Below, piece by piece: positions 26,845 to 35,461 of a DNA stretch of 46,286 nucleotides. A program made the translations under genes and the position numbers. The notes beneath the pieces were generated by a model. That model ran no database searches, was not told the DNA's origin, and saw only the letters and a list, made by a program, of their open reading frames with translations. The stretch comes from an uncultured Candidatus Saccharibacteria bacterium (GTDB lineage Bacteria; Patescibacteriota; WWE3; UBA101185; UBA10185), in contig CAZWYL010000003.1 in the NCBI GenBank assembly GCA_964638225.1, positions 1-46,286 of the forward strand, written 5' to 3'. Within the stretch, counting starts at the first letter, position 1; each line of letters starts with the position of its first letter.

Positions 26845-28017
26845 ATGAAGGCTTCATATGGTTTTAAATCAAAACACACTGCACCGCTTTTAGTGAGTGT
26901 CTTTGTTCTTCTATTTATAGGGCTTTTGTTGGTTTATGATTCTACAATGTTTTATTCTCAGAATGTATATGGTAATCCTTACAGATTCGCCTATTTACAG
27001 CTTTCCTGGGTGGTGATGGGGTTGGTTGGATTCTTTATTTTTTTTAAAATACACTATAAAAGGTGGTTAAAGCTTAGTTTTTTCTTTTTTGTTGTAACTT
27101 TAATATTTCTAGGCATTTTAGCTCTTTTTGGTTTAATTACTTTTCAACTAAGATTTATTGAATGCTCTTCTTCTTTGCCATTTGTTCCCTGTATCAATGG
27201 AGCATATCGTTGGATTTATCTTAACTCATCACCTCTTCCTGAAATACCCTTTCTTGGTGTACTAAGTTTTCAGCCTGCGGAATTGGCAAAGTTTAGTATC
27301 GTACTTTATGTTTCTGCTTTATTAAGTCAAAAGAAGGATTTTAAGATTTTTATAATTCCATCAGTGTTAGTTTTTTCCTTAATTTTATTGCAGCCAAATA
27401 TGTCGACTGCCTTTTTGATTCTCCTGATTTGTTTGAGTATTTATTTTGCAAGTGGGTTATCTTTGAAGCCGTTGGTAATTTCAGCACCGGTGTTCTTTAT
27501 CTTACTGATAGGTGCTGTATTTTTATCCCCTTATAGAAGAGATAGATTTTCTACTCTATTTAGAAACGAGCAAACTCAAGAAGAATATCTTTCAACGGGG
27601 TATCACAAAAAGCAAATTTTAATCTCTTTAGGTTCTGGAGGTCTTCTTGGTCTTGGAATAGGGCAGTCGCGGCAAAAATATCAGTATCTTCCGGAGGTAG
27701 CTGCAGATTCCATATTTGCAATACTAGGAGAGGAAGTTGGTTTTATAGGTACTTCGGCTTTCTTACTTTTTTTTCTTTATTTAATTTTTAAGGGTTATAT
27801 GATTGCTTTAGATGCGCCTGATTCCTTTTCTACTCTGGTAAGCGTGGGTATAACTACATGGTTGGGATTTCAGTTCTTAATAAATGTAGCTGCCATGACA
27901 CAATTAATTCCTTTAACAGGAATTCCTATCCCTCTTATATCCTATGGAGGATCTTCAATGATTTTTACTCTATGTGGTCTGGGTGTATTGGCAAACATAA
28001 GTAATTATGCTGGATAG
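26845..28017 (+). CDS. ftsW: SEDS-family peptidoglycan polymerase FtsW/RodA
   Basis: A polytopic protein with FQPAELAKF, LQPNMSTA, PEVAADSIFA and LISYGGSSM motifs, in the dcw position. Confidence 0.9.
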   Translation: MKASYGFKSKHTAPLLVSVFVLLFIGLLLVYDSTMFYSQNVYGNPYRFAYLQLSWVVMGLVGFFIFFKIHYKRWLKLSFFFFVVTLIFLGILALFGLITFQLRFIECSSSLPFVPCINGAYRWIYLNSSPLPEIPFLGVLSFQPAELAKFSIVLYVSALLSQKKDFKIFIIPSVLVFSLILLQPNMSTAFLILLICLSIYFASGLSLKPLVISAPVFFILLIGAVFLSPYRRDRFSTLFRNEQTQEEYLSTGYHKKQILISLGSGGLLGLGIGQSRQKYQYLPEVAADSIFAILGEEVGFIGTSAFLLFFLYLIFKGYMIALDAPDSFSTLVSVGITTWLGFQFLINVAAMTQLIPLTGIPIPLISYGGSSMIFTLCGLGVLANISNYAG

Positions 28018-28019
28018 GT

Positions 28020-28025
28020 TACAAT
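28020..28025 (+). promoter_or_regulatory. -10-like TACAAT, 6 nt upstream of the murG ATG
   Basis: The sequence reads gtTACAATattagtATG. Confidence 0.35.
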
Positions 28026-28031
28026 ATTAGT

Positions 28032-29162
28032 ATGAAACTAGCTATTACGGGCGGCCATCACAGCAGCGCTTTGCCTCTTATAGATTATATTAAAGAGGAA
28101 AAGTCTGATATTGATCTTCTTTGGTTTGGTCACAAGTTCAGCATGAAAGGTAATCGTAACCCCACACTGGAGTATCGTCAAATTACAGCTAGAGATATAC
28201 CCTTTATTGAGGTAAACGCAGGAAAATTTTACAAAACTTATAACCCACTTCGATTAGCAAAGATACCTTTTGGTTTTTTCCAGGCTTTTTATTATTTACT
28301 CAAAATTCGTCCGGATGTAGTTTTATCCTTTGGAGGTTATTTAGCAGTACCGGTTGTTTTTGCTGCTTGGGTTCTCGGTATTCCTTCGATTACACATGAG
28401 CAAACCTTAGTAACAGGTTACGCAAATAAATTTATTTCTTATTTTGTCGACGAGATTTTAATCTCTCATGAAGAATCCAGGGAATTCTTTCCGAATGAGA
28501 GGGTTAGACATTCAGGACTACCATTACGGGAAGCCTTATTTGATATAAAAAGTAATTCCTTTAATTTTGATAATGATCTTCCGGTTTTGTATATCACTGC
28601 AGGGAAGACAGGATCTCATAAAATTAATGTTGTTATTCAAGAAGGTCTTGAATCGCTGCTTGCTGAATTTAACGTAATACATCAGTGTGGAGATCATTCA
28701 GTATATAAAGATTATGATGTTTTGAAGAAAAAGTATGAAATGATTTCAGAACACTCTGTTGGAAGGTATTTCCTTCGCAAATTTGTTCTGGATGATGAGA
28801 TTGGGGAGGTTTTTAATAAAGCAGATGTTTACTTGTCTAGAGCTGGGGCCCATATTACTTATGAAATCAAGACTTTTAGAAAACCTTCTGTATTGGTTCC
28901 TATTCCCTGGGTGTCTCATAATGAGCAGTATAAAAATGCAGAATTACTAGTTGAATTGGGTCTGGGGATTATTCTCAAAGAAGAAAATCTTAACTGTGAC
29001 AATCTACTTGATTCTCTAAAGCAAGTTTCTTCAAAAATTTCCGGAAATGAAAACTTTTCACCTAAATATACTCAAGAGCCAATAAGGATTATGTTGTCTT
29101 CTATCAATGCAGTCTATGAAAAAAAGATCTCGAAAAAGAAGAGTAAGAAAAAAAATAAATAG
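28032..29162 (+). CDS. murG: UDP-GlcNAc:lipid I N-acetylglucosaminyltransferase MurG
   Basis: GT28 layout with an N-terminal ITGGH loop, HEQT, and C-terminal RAGAHITYE and P..H.EQ..NA motifs. It carries a Lys-rich tail. Confidence 0.88.
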   Translation: MKLAITGGHHSSALPLIDYIKEEKSDIDLLWFGHKFSMKGNRNPTLEYRQITARDIPFIEVNAGKFYKTYNPLRLAKIPFGFFQAFYYLLKIRPDVVLSFGGYLAVPVVFAAWVLGIPSITHEQTLVTGYANKFISYFVDEILISHEESREFFPNERVRHSGLPLREALFDIKSNSFNFDNDLPVLYITAGKTGSHKINVVIQEGLESLLAEFNVIHQCGDHSVYKDYDVLKKKYEMISEHSVGRYFLRKFVLDDEIGEVFNKADVYLSRAGAHITYEIKTFRKPSVLVPIPWVSHNEQYKNAELLVELGLGIILKEENLNCDNLLDSLKQVSSKISGNENFSPKYTQEPIRIMLSSINAVYEKKISKKKSKKKNK

Positions 29163-29892
29163 AAAGAAGATAGTTAGGGGAGTAAGAGTTTGGCTAAAAA
29201 GAATATTTACCGCAGTTTTGGTGGTAGGGGTTTTAGGCTCCACTTACTATTGGATTTTTAGATCTGATGTTTTCAGATTAAACAAATTTCAAGTGATTGG
29301 TACTGCTAAGTATGTTAATTCAGTTGATCTCAAAAATTTTCTAGATGCTAATTACATGGGAGAAAACTTGATTTTTTTGGAGACTTCTAAAGTTGAGCAT
29401 CTTCTTGAGGACATTTTTTTAGGGGCCCAAGATATAGATGTTAAGAAAAAATGGCCCAATGAATTGATAGTTAAAGTAACGGAAAGAAAGCCCTTAGCAG
29501 TTTTATACAATGATACTTATTCAGACAACTACATGGTGGATCAAGAAGGTTATGTTTTAGGTATAGTAGATTCCTCTGCTGAAGATTTACCTGAAGTTAA
29601 TTATATAGGTGAATTAAAGATCGGATCCTTTGTCCAAAGGGATTTAATTCCCGTATATACAGAGTTGATAAAGGCATTTGATGTTTCTGATGTAAAAGTT
29701 TCTAGTGTGAGTTTTCACCCTAGATATGTTTCCTTCTATTCAGAGGATGGAGTAAAAGTTCTTATTGACAACAAAAAAGACAAGTTCAACGCTTTAAATG
29801 TGCTATCTCGTCTTCTACATAAGCTAACTTTAGAAGGGAAAAGTCCTTCGACTATAGATTTACGATATGATAAAGTGGTAGTATCATACTAG
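29107..29892 (+). CDS. ftsQ: Cell division protein FtsQ/DivIB (POTRA)
   Basis: Basic N-terminus, one TM helix, then POTRA-like FRLNKFQVIG and an FtsQ-type domain. It sits between murG and ftsA. Confidence 0.75.
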   Translation: MQSMKKRSRKRRVRKKINRKKIVRGVRVWLKRIFTAVLVVGVLGSTYYWIFRSDVFRLNKFQVIGTAKYVNSVDLKNFLDANYMGENLIFLETSKVEHLLEDIFLGAQDIDVKKKWPNELIVKVTERKPLAVLYNDTYSDNYMVDQEGYVLGIVDSSAEDLPEVNYIGELKIGSFVQRDLIPVYTELIKAFDVSDVKVSSVSFHPRYVSFYSEDGVKVLIDNKKDKFNALNVLSRLLHKLTLEGKSPSTIDLRYDKVVVSY

Positions 29893-29901
29893 TTAATTCT
29901 T

Positions 29902-31155
29902 ATGCCCAGAGAAAAAATAATTACAGGAATAGATGTCGGTTCGAATAAAGTTAGCACCGCCATCGCAACAGTTCACGAAAACAAAGTTTCTATTATTGGT
30001 GTCTCAGGTGCTGTTCCCTCGAAAGGCATTAAGAGAGGTAGTGTAGTAGATATAGATAATGCTGTTGAGGCCATATCTACAAGCTTAGAGCGTGCAGAGA
30101 GAATGGCCGGTGTTTCAGTTTCTTCCGCATTTGTTACCTTAAACGGAAGCCATATTCAAACTCAAAATTCGCATGGAGTGGTTGCTGTCAGTCCTCAGGT
30201 TGGTGAGATTACCCGCGAGGACGTAATTAGAGTTACAGAGGCAGCTCAAGCGGTTTCTTTGCCCTCCTCTCGAAAAATTGTACATGTAATCCCTCGAGAT
30301 TTTGTTGTTGACTCTCAGGAAGGTATAAAGGATCCAGTGGGTATGGCGGGAGTACGTTTGGAAGTAGAAACAAATATAATTCACGGCTCGGCCACTGCCA
30401 TGAAAAATTTAGTTAAATGTATTGATCAAGTAGGGGTTGAAGTGGAGGAATTAATATATGTTGGGGTTGCAGCTGCTGAATCAGTTTTAACAGATACAGA
30501 AAGAGAGTTAGGTACTATTTTGGTAGATATAGGCGGCGGAACAACTTCTTTAATTGCTTTTTTGGAAGGCAGCCCCGTCTATTCTTCTGTTTTAGGAATT
30601 GGAGCAAAACATATTACAAGCGATTTAGCTATTGGACTGAGGACTCGCTTGGATGATGCTGAAAGAATAAAATTAAAATTAAGTACTGTAACTAGTGAAA
30701 TGGAAAATCAGGGGCATACAATAAAAGAGGAAACCTTTGATGTTTCTGAGTTTGGACTTGATCAGGATGAGGTTCCCATTAGGTTTTTAAGAGAGATTGT
30801 AAATGCAAGAACCAAGGAAATTTTTAATATGGTTGCTTTAGAGCTGAATAAAGCGGGTCTTTTAGGTAAACTTCCTGCAGGGGTGGTTATTACAGGTGGA
30901 GGGGCTCAAACTTTTGCAATTGAAGCGGTAGCAAAAAACATTTTGAAAATGCCGGTTAGAATTGGGACTCCATCTGGTGTTACGGGATTGATTGATGAAA
31001 TTCGAGGCCCCGCTTTTTCCGGAACAGTAGGGGCAGTTTTGTATGGTGTGGATATGGTTAGAAGCAACTCCCTATTGTTTTTAGACAAAAGTCACGGTAA
31101 GATTAGTCAAAGCTTCCACAGCTTTTTTGAAAAGATAAAGTCCTTCCTGCCCTAA
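29902..31155 (+). CDS. ftsA: Cell division protein FtsA
   Basis: Actin-fold motifs GIDVGSNKV and VDIGGGTTSL, plus a C-terminal amphipathic helix SFFEKIKSFL. Confidence 0.93.
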   Translation: MPREKIITGIDVGSNKVSTAIATVHENKVSIIGVSGAVPSKGIKRGSVVDIDNAVEAISTSLERAERMAGVSVSSAFVTLNGSHIQTQNSHGVVAVSPQVGEITREDVIRVTEAAQAVSLPSSRKIVHVIPRDFVVDSQEGIKDPVGMAGVRLEVETNIIHGSATAMKNLVKCIDQVGVEVEELIYVGVAAAESVLTDTERELGTILVDIGGGTTSLIAFLEGSPVYSSVLGIGAKHITSDLAIGLRTRLDDAERIKLKLSTVTSEMENQGHTIKEETFDVSEFGLDQDEVPIRFLREIVNARTKEIFNMVALELNKAGLLGKLPAGVVITGGGAQTFAIEAVAKNILKMPVRIGTPSGVTGLIDEIRGPAFSGTVGAVLYGVDMVRSNSLLFLDKSHGKISQSFHSFFEKIKSFLP

Positions 31156-31161
31156 ATCAGT

Positions 31162-31167
31162 TATAAT
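31162..31167 (+). promoter_or_regulatory. -10-like TATAAT, 9 nt upstream of the ftsZ ATG
   Basis: The sequence reads gtTATAATatttaaactATG. Confidence 0.35.
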
Positions 31168-31176
31168 ATTTAAACT

Positions 31177-32286
31177 ATGCAAATAAAGCCTGAAATAGAA
31201 AGATTTGCTAAAATACGAGTCGTTGGTGTTGGCGGTGCTGGAGGTAATGCGATAAACACAATGATAGATTCCCAACAAATTGAAGGCGTTGAATTTTTGG
31301 CAGTGAATACCGATGCCCAAGCCCTTTCCATTAATAAAGCTTTTGTAAAAATACCTATAGGACAGGACATTACTCATGGTTTGGGTGCTGGAGCAAACCC
31401 GGAAATAGGGGAAAAAGCAGCAGAGGAAACCACTGAAGTTTTGAAAGAAAATTTGGAAGACTCTGACATGGTTTTTATCACGGCTGGAATGGGTGGAGGA
31501 ACCGGCACGGGTGCTTCTCCAGTAATTGCCAGAATAGCTCGAGATTTAGGCGCTTTAACAATAGGTGTTGTTACTAAACCCTTTGATTTTGAAGGAACCC
31601 AAAGAATGAAAAATGCTGAGCGGGGTATTGAAAACTTGAAACGTGAAGTAGATGCCTTGATCACTATTCCCAACCAAAAACTTCTAGAAATTTCAGATGA
31701 AGACACAACTGTAATGGAAGCTTTTAAGGTTTCAGACAGTGTTTTAAACCAGGGAGTTCAGGGTATTTCCGACCTGATTGTTAAGCCGGGACTAATTAAT
31801 GTAGACTTTGCAGATGTTCGTACAGTAATGAAAGATGCCGGTTCTGCCTTAATGGGAATTGGTATTGGAACCGGAGAAGATCGGGCAGAGATAGCTGCTC
31901 AAGGCGCAATATCCTCTCCACTTTTGGAAGTTTCAATCGAGGGAGCTACAGGTATTTTATTCAATATAATCGGTGGACCTGACTTGACCATGAAGGAAAT
32001 CGACAAGGCTGCAAGGTTGATCAGTGAGAGCTCTAATCCCGATGCCAATATAATATACGGTACCACTATAGATCCCGATATGTCGGATCAAATTAAGATA
32101 ACGGTTATAGCAACAGGATTTGATTCTGCTTATGCAGATCAATTTGGAATTCCTTCATCCAGGGACAAAAAGGAAGAAGCTTCTGAACCAAAGAAAGAAG
32201 AGGTTGACGGCGAGGATAAATGGATTGAGGATTTAGGAGATGAAGATGATCAGTTCGATATTCCGGCTTTCCTGCGAGGTAACTAA
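31177..32286 (+). CDS. ftsZ: Cell division GTPase FtsZ
   Basis: GVGGAGGNA, the tubulin signature GGGTGTGASP, NTDAQAL, and the C-terminal peptide DIPAFLR. Confidence 0.97.
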   Translation: MQIKPEIERFAKIRVVGVGGAGGNAINTMIDSQQIEGVEFLAVNTDAQALSINKAFVKIPIGQDITHGLGAGANPEIGEKAAEETTEVLKENLEDSDMVFITAGMGGGTGTGASPVIARIARDLGALTIGVVTKPFDFEGTQRMKNAERGIENLKREVDALITIPNQKLLEISDEDTTVMEAFKVSDSVLNQGVQGISDLIVKPGLINVDFADVRTVMKDAGSALMGIGIGTGEDRAEIAAQGAISSPLLEVSIEGATGILFNIIGGPDLTMKEIDKAARLISESSNPDANIIYGTTIDPDMSDQIKITVIATGFDSAYADQFGIPSSRDKKEEASEPKKEEVDGEDKWIEDLGDEDDQFDIPAFLRGN

Positions 32287-32296
32287 TTAAAGTATG

Positions 32297-32305
32297 TGGT
32301 ATATT
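32297..32305 (+). promoter_or_regulatory. Extended -10 (TGgTATATT), 8 nt upstream of ATG 32314
   Basis: The sequence reads TGGTATATTtaaagagtATG. Confidence 0.3.
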
Positions 32306-32313
32306 TAAAGAGT

Positions 32314-33660
32314 ATGAAAGACCTGCTCATTTCTATAAATTCAAATAACCTTAAGCTTTCCTACTGCGGTCCGGAAGGTTGTGGTGGTATAGCTTCTGAT
32401 GTTTCAAAAGATGTACTCTCTGGATCAAAAATACTAGATAAAGAAAGATTTACGGAGGACTTAATCGAGTTATCCCATGAAATCGTTCCTAAAGGAAAGA
32501 AGCCCGATGGTTTAAACTATCTGATTTCTCCTGAAGATGCTTATGTATTCTTTGTTACTGTAAATAAAAAAGATGGTGAAACGGAAGAACAGATAATTGC
32601 CGAAATAAAGAATAAGGTTGAAATTCCTCTAGAAGAATTATATTTTTCTTACACTAAAATTGCTCCCTTTGTTTACCAATTTATAGGAGTTTCAAAGGAT
32701 TATGTAGAAGATCTTCTTGAAGTGTCCAATCTTTGGGGTGTTCCAGTAAAGGCAATAGTTCCCTGGGTATTACTTTTGCCCAAAACTTTAAGGGATAACG
32801 ATCCCGCTATCTTTGTGGCAAAGATAAACGATAAGCACGTTGTATCGCTTTCGGAGTTAAATGGTATTTACTTTGCTTCTTCTTATGATGAAGAGAAAGA
32901 AGAAGCTGAGCTAAAAGAATTAGTTCAAACTCTTTCTATATACAACAGGAAAAAACCAATAAAGAGAATATATACACTTGATTCAGATATCAAGTTGGAG
33001 GATGGATATAACACCTTGCCAGTTATTGCGGATATTGAATCCAATTTTCCGGAAGGATTTGAAGCTCATGAGCTTTATTTACATGTTTTAAGAACAAATT
33101 CTGATATTTTGAGATCTCAAGTGAATGTATTGAATTTACTGCCCCTGCCTGAACCCTCAACAGCATCTAAAATGGTTGTTCCCGCGGCTGCTGCAGTTTT
33201 TGTAATTAGTCTTTTGGTAGGAAGTTATTTCTTGTTTTTTAACGAACCGCCCGAAGATCCTAGTTCTGTAGCTGGAGTTCAATCTGATCCAGTGAACGAG
33301 ACAACTGTCTCTGAGAATGAAGTTATTCAGGAAGCAGAAGAAAATGAAGTTGAGGAAGTTCAAGAAGTGCAAAAGGAAGATATGGAGATTCGTATTGAAA
33401 ATGCTGCGGGGATAAATGGAGCAGCTGGAAGAACACAAGCCCTTTTAGAAGAAGCAGGATATACAGTAGTTTCAATAGACACTGCAGATAATATTCGAGA
33501 AACTACTCAGATATTGATTGATGAGCGGTTGGACAGTCTGAGAGATAACCTGGAAGAAGATTTGGGTGAGTTTTATCCGGATGTTGTCTTTGACGTTTTA
33601 GATGAATCCGAAGTTGATTACAATGTGCTGATTTTCTTGGGTAGAAACGTAGAAATTTAG
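32314..33660 (+). CDS. Bitopic membrane protein: uncharacterised ~285-aa cytoplasmic domain, TM helix, acidic linker, C-terminal LytR_C-like domain
   Basis: TM helix MVVPAAAAVFVISLLVGSYFLFF. The C-terminus IRIENAAGINGAAGRTQALLEEAGYTVVSIDTAD...TQILI matches the LytR_C pattern. The ORF is open from GTG 32296. Confidence 0.6.
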   Translation: MKDLLISINSNNLKLSYCGPEGCGGIASDVSKDVLSGSKILDKERFTEDLIELSHEIVPKGKKPDGLNYLISPEDAYVFFVTVNKKDGETEEQIIAEIKNKVEIPLEELYFSYTKIAPFVYQFIGVSKDYVEDLLEVSNLWGVPVKAIVPWVLLLPKTLRDNDPAIFVAKINDKHVVSLSELNGIYFASSYDEEKEEAELKELVQTLSIYNRKKPIKRIYTLDSDIKLEDGYNTLPVIADIESNFPEGFEAHELYLHVLRTNSDILRSQVNVLNLLPLPEPSTASKMVVPAAAAVFVISLLVGSYFLFFNEPPEDPSSVAGVQSDPVNETTVSENEVIQEAEENEVEEVQEVQKEDMEIRIENAAGINGAAGRTQALLEEAGYTVVSIDTADNIRETTQILIDERLDSLRDNLEEDLGEFYPDVVFDVLDESEVDYNVLIFLGRNVEI

Positions 33661-33681
33661 TTTTTTTACCTTCAGTATTCC

Positions 33682-33981
33682 ATGGATTTTTTTATATGTA
33701 AGAATTGTGGTGAAAAAGTTTCTTATCAAGCTTACGGTACAAGTCATAGAAATCATTGTCCCTTTTGCTTATATTCTTTGCACGTAGATGTTACAAAAGG
33801 GGATCGTGATTCGAAATGTGGCGGTTTAATGAAGCCAATCGGTAAGTTTTATAAAGAAGATGGAGAGGAGGTTTTGGTTCACAAATGTGAGAAGTGTGGT
33901 TTTGTTCGTTGGAACAGAGTAGCCGGAGATGATAGCTTTGAGGAAGTTGAGAAACTTCCGGAAGTTGAAGATCCTCGTTGA
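33682..33981 (+). CDS. RNHCP domain zinc-ribbon protein
   Basis: It contains the literal HRNHCPFCLYSLHVD signature, plus CKNCG and CEKCGF Cys pairs. Confidence 0.7.
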   Translation: MDFFICKNCGEKVSYQAYGTSHRNHCPFCLYSLHVDVTKGDRDSKCGGLMKPIGKFYKEDGEEVLVHKCEKCGFVRWNRVAGDDSFEEVEKLPEVEDPR

Positions 33982-34042
33982 TTTTGCTTTGGCATTAATT
34001 AGTTTGTTATTTCTCAGACTTTAAGCTGTCTTTGGTTAAAAG

Positions 34043-34071
34043 TTGCAACAAAATCCGCTTTATTGTAATAT
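34043..34071 (+). promoter_or_regulatory. Predicted rplU promoter (TTGCAA -17 nt- TAATAT), with the -10 lying 9 nt from the ATG
   Basis: TTGCAA at 34043-34048 and TAATAT at 34066-34071. No Shine-Dalgarno precedes ATG 34081. Confidence 0.5.
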
Positions 34072-34080
34072 CCTTTTGTC

Positions 34081-34416
34081 ATGAAGTATGCAATTATAGC
34101 CCTCGGAGGCAGACAATTTATAGTTGAGGAAGGTCTGGAGATACGCTTAGAGAGGCAGGATGAACCTAAAGCAGAGGTTCTTTTTTATAAAGATGAAAAG
34201 ACTACCTTAATAGGCAAGCCTGTTATAGAGGAAATTAAAGTAGAGTTGAGCAAGGTTAAAGATTATAAAGTGAAGACTGATATATTGCGATTTAAGTCCA
34301 AATCCCGCTATAGGAGAAGACAGGGGCATAAACAACCCATGAGTGTTTTAAGAGTAGATTCGATTAGCAAGGTTGGAAAAGCAAATAGTAAGAAAAGTTC
34401 AAAGGAGGATAAATAA
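34081..34416 (+). CDS. rplU: 50S ribosomal protein L21
   Basis: MKYAIIALGGRQF N-terminus, the basic RRRQGHKQP core, and its position upstream of rpmA. Confidence 0.93.
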   Translation: MKYAIIALGGRQFIVEEGLEIRLERQDEPKAEVLFYKDEKTTLIGKPVIEEIKVELSKVKDYKVKTDILRFKSKSRYRRRQGHKQPMSVLRVDSISKVGKANSKKSSKEDK

Positions 34417-34680
34417 ATGGCCCATAAAGTATCTGGAGGAGCGAAAGCCCGTCAGGGAGGAAATGTTAGAGGCAAGCGCCTTGGTATAAAGGTTTCTCAT
34501 GGTTCTTTCGTAAAACCCGGGCAAATCATTGTAAGACAAAGAGGTAAAAGATTCCACTCAGGGATAAATACCGGTTTAGGCCGTGATTTTACCATTTATT
34601 CTAAGGTTGCCGGAGTGGTTAATTTTAGGAATAAAGCCAAGAATAAAAAAGAAATTCAAGTAATTGAGCAATCTTCTTAA
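34417..34680 (+). CDS. rpmA: 50S ribosomal protein L27
   Basis: MAHK.SGG..., GKRLGIK, IIVRQRG..FH.G.N.G.GRD. AAGGAGG lies 8 nt upstream. There is no Prp-type N-terminal extension. Confidence 0.95.
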   Translation: MAHKVSGGAKARQGGNVRGKRLGIKVSHGSFVKPGQIIVRQRGKRFHSGINTGLGRDFTIYSKVAGVVNFRNKAKNKKEIQVIEQSS

Positions 34681-35231
34681 TTTAAAGGGCTTGGTAATTT
34701 TCTTATAAGTCTAAAATTTCCAAAAGGATAGTATACAAGTAAAGCTCTTGAAGTAATATTTTCCTTTGGCAGAAATCCCCAGGTTCTTCCGTCCATGCTT
34801 TCATTTCTGTTATCTCCTAGAAGTAAATAGTGGTTTTCAGGAATTGTATATTCCTTTCCTTCTGCTATAGCTTCCCCAGGTAGTGTGTCTACATTTTCTA
34901 GATAAGGTTCCCCTAAAATTTCTCCGTTTATAAAGATTTGATTATTTTCTATTCTTACTTTTTCCTCCGGTAAACCAATAATACGTTTTATTATTAGGAT
35001 ATTCTCGTAAGGATGTCTAAAGATCATTATTTCTCCTCTCTTTGGCTCTTTAAAGTTTAAAGATATCTTTTCGCCTATGATTTGTTCATTGTCTTTCAGA
35101 AAAGGGTGCATTGAATCTCCTGTAACTAGAAGGAGCTCTCCCAAAAAAATATTAGTGAGTACAAATAACACTATTCCAATAATTATTACTTGCAAAGAAT
35201 CTACAACAAATTTCTTAAATATTCTAACCAC
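34677..35231 (-). CDS. lepB: Signal peptidase I
   Basis: TM anchor, GDSMHPFL (catalytic Ser), IKRIIGLPEE (Lys box) and GDNRNESMDGR. Confidence 0.9.
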   Translation of the reverse strand: MVRIFKKFVVDSLQVIIIGIVLFVLTNIFLGELLLVTGDSMHPFLKDNEQIIGEKISLNFKEPKRGEIMIFRHPYENILIIKRIIGLPEEKVRIENNQIFINGEILGEPYLENVDTLPGEAIAEGKEYTIPENHYLLLGDNRNESMDGRTWGFLPKENITSRALLVYYPFGNFRLIRKLPSPLN

Positions 35232-35323
35232 AGAATAATGTTAGTAGTTTAGTGTCTTTAGGGCAAGTTTTTTGGTAATATTTGTTTGCTTGGGATGTTA
35301 GGTTGCCTGTTTATTTCAGATTT

Positions 35324-35400
35324 GGGTTCGTAGCTCAGTTGGTTAGAGCGCTGCATTCACATTGCAGAGGCCCCCCGTTCGAGTCGGGGCGAACCCACCA
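35324..35400 (+). tRNA. tRNA-Val (anticodon CAC), CCA encoded
   Basis: Acceptor GGGTTCG/CGAACCC, D-arm AGCTCAGTTGGTTAGAGC, anticodon stem CTGCA/TGCAG with loop TTCACAT, T-arm CCCCG-TTCGAGT-CGGGG, and terminal ACCA. Confidence 0.9.
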
Positions 35401-35461
35401 TTCAAAAATCTACGAGAGTGGGAGGTAATTATCCTGATTTCCATTACGCCTCTCTAGGTTT

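Noticed and set aside
34049-34080. A possible L21-leader type regulatory RNA upstream of rplU.
   Set aside because: The predicted -10 lies only 9 nt from the ATG, which leaves no room for a structured leader.
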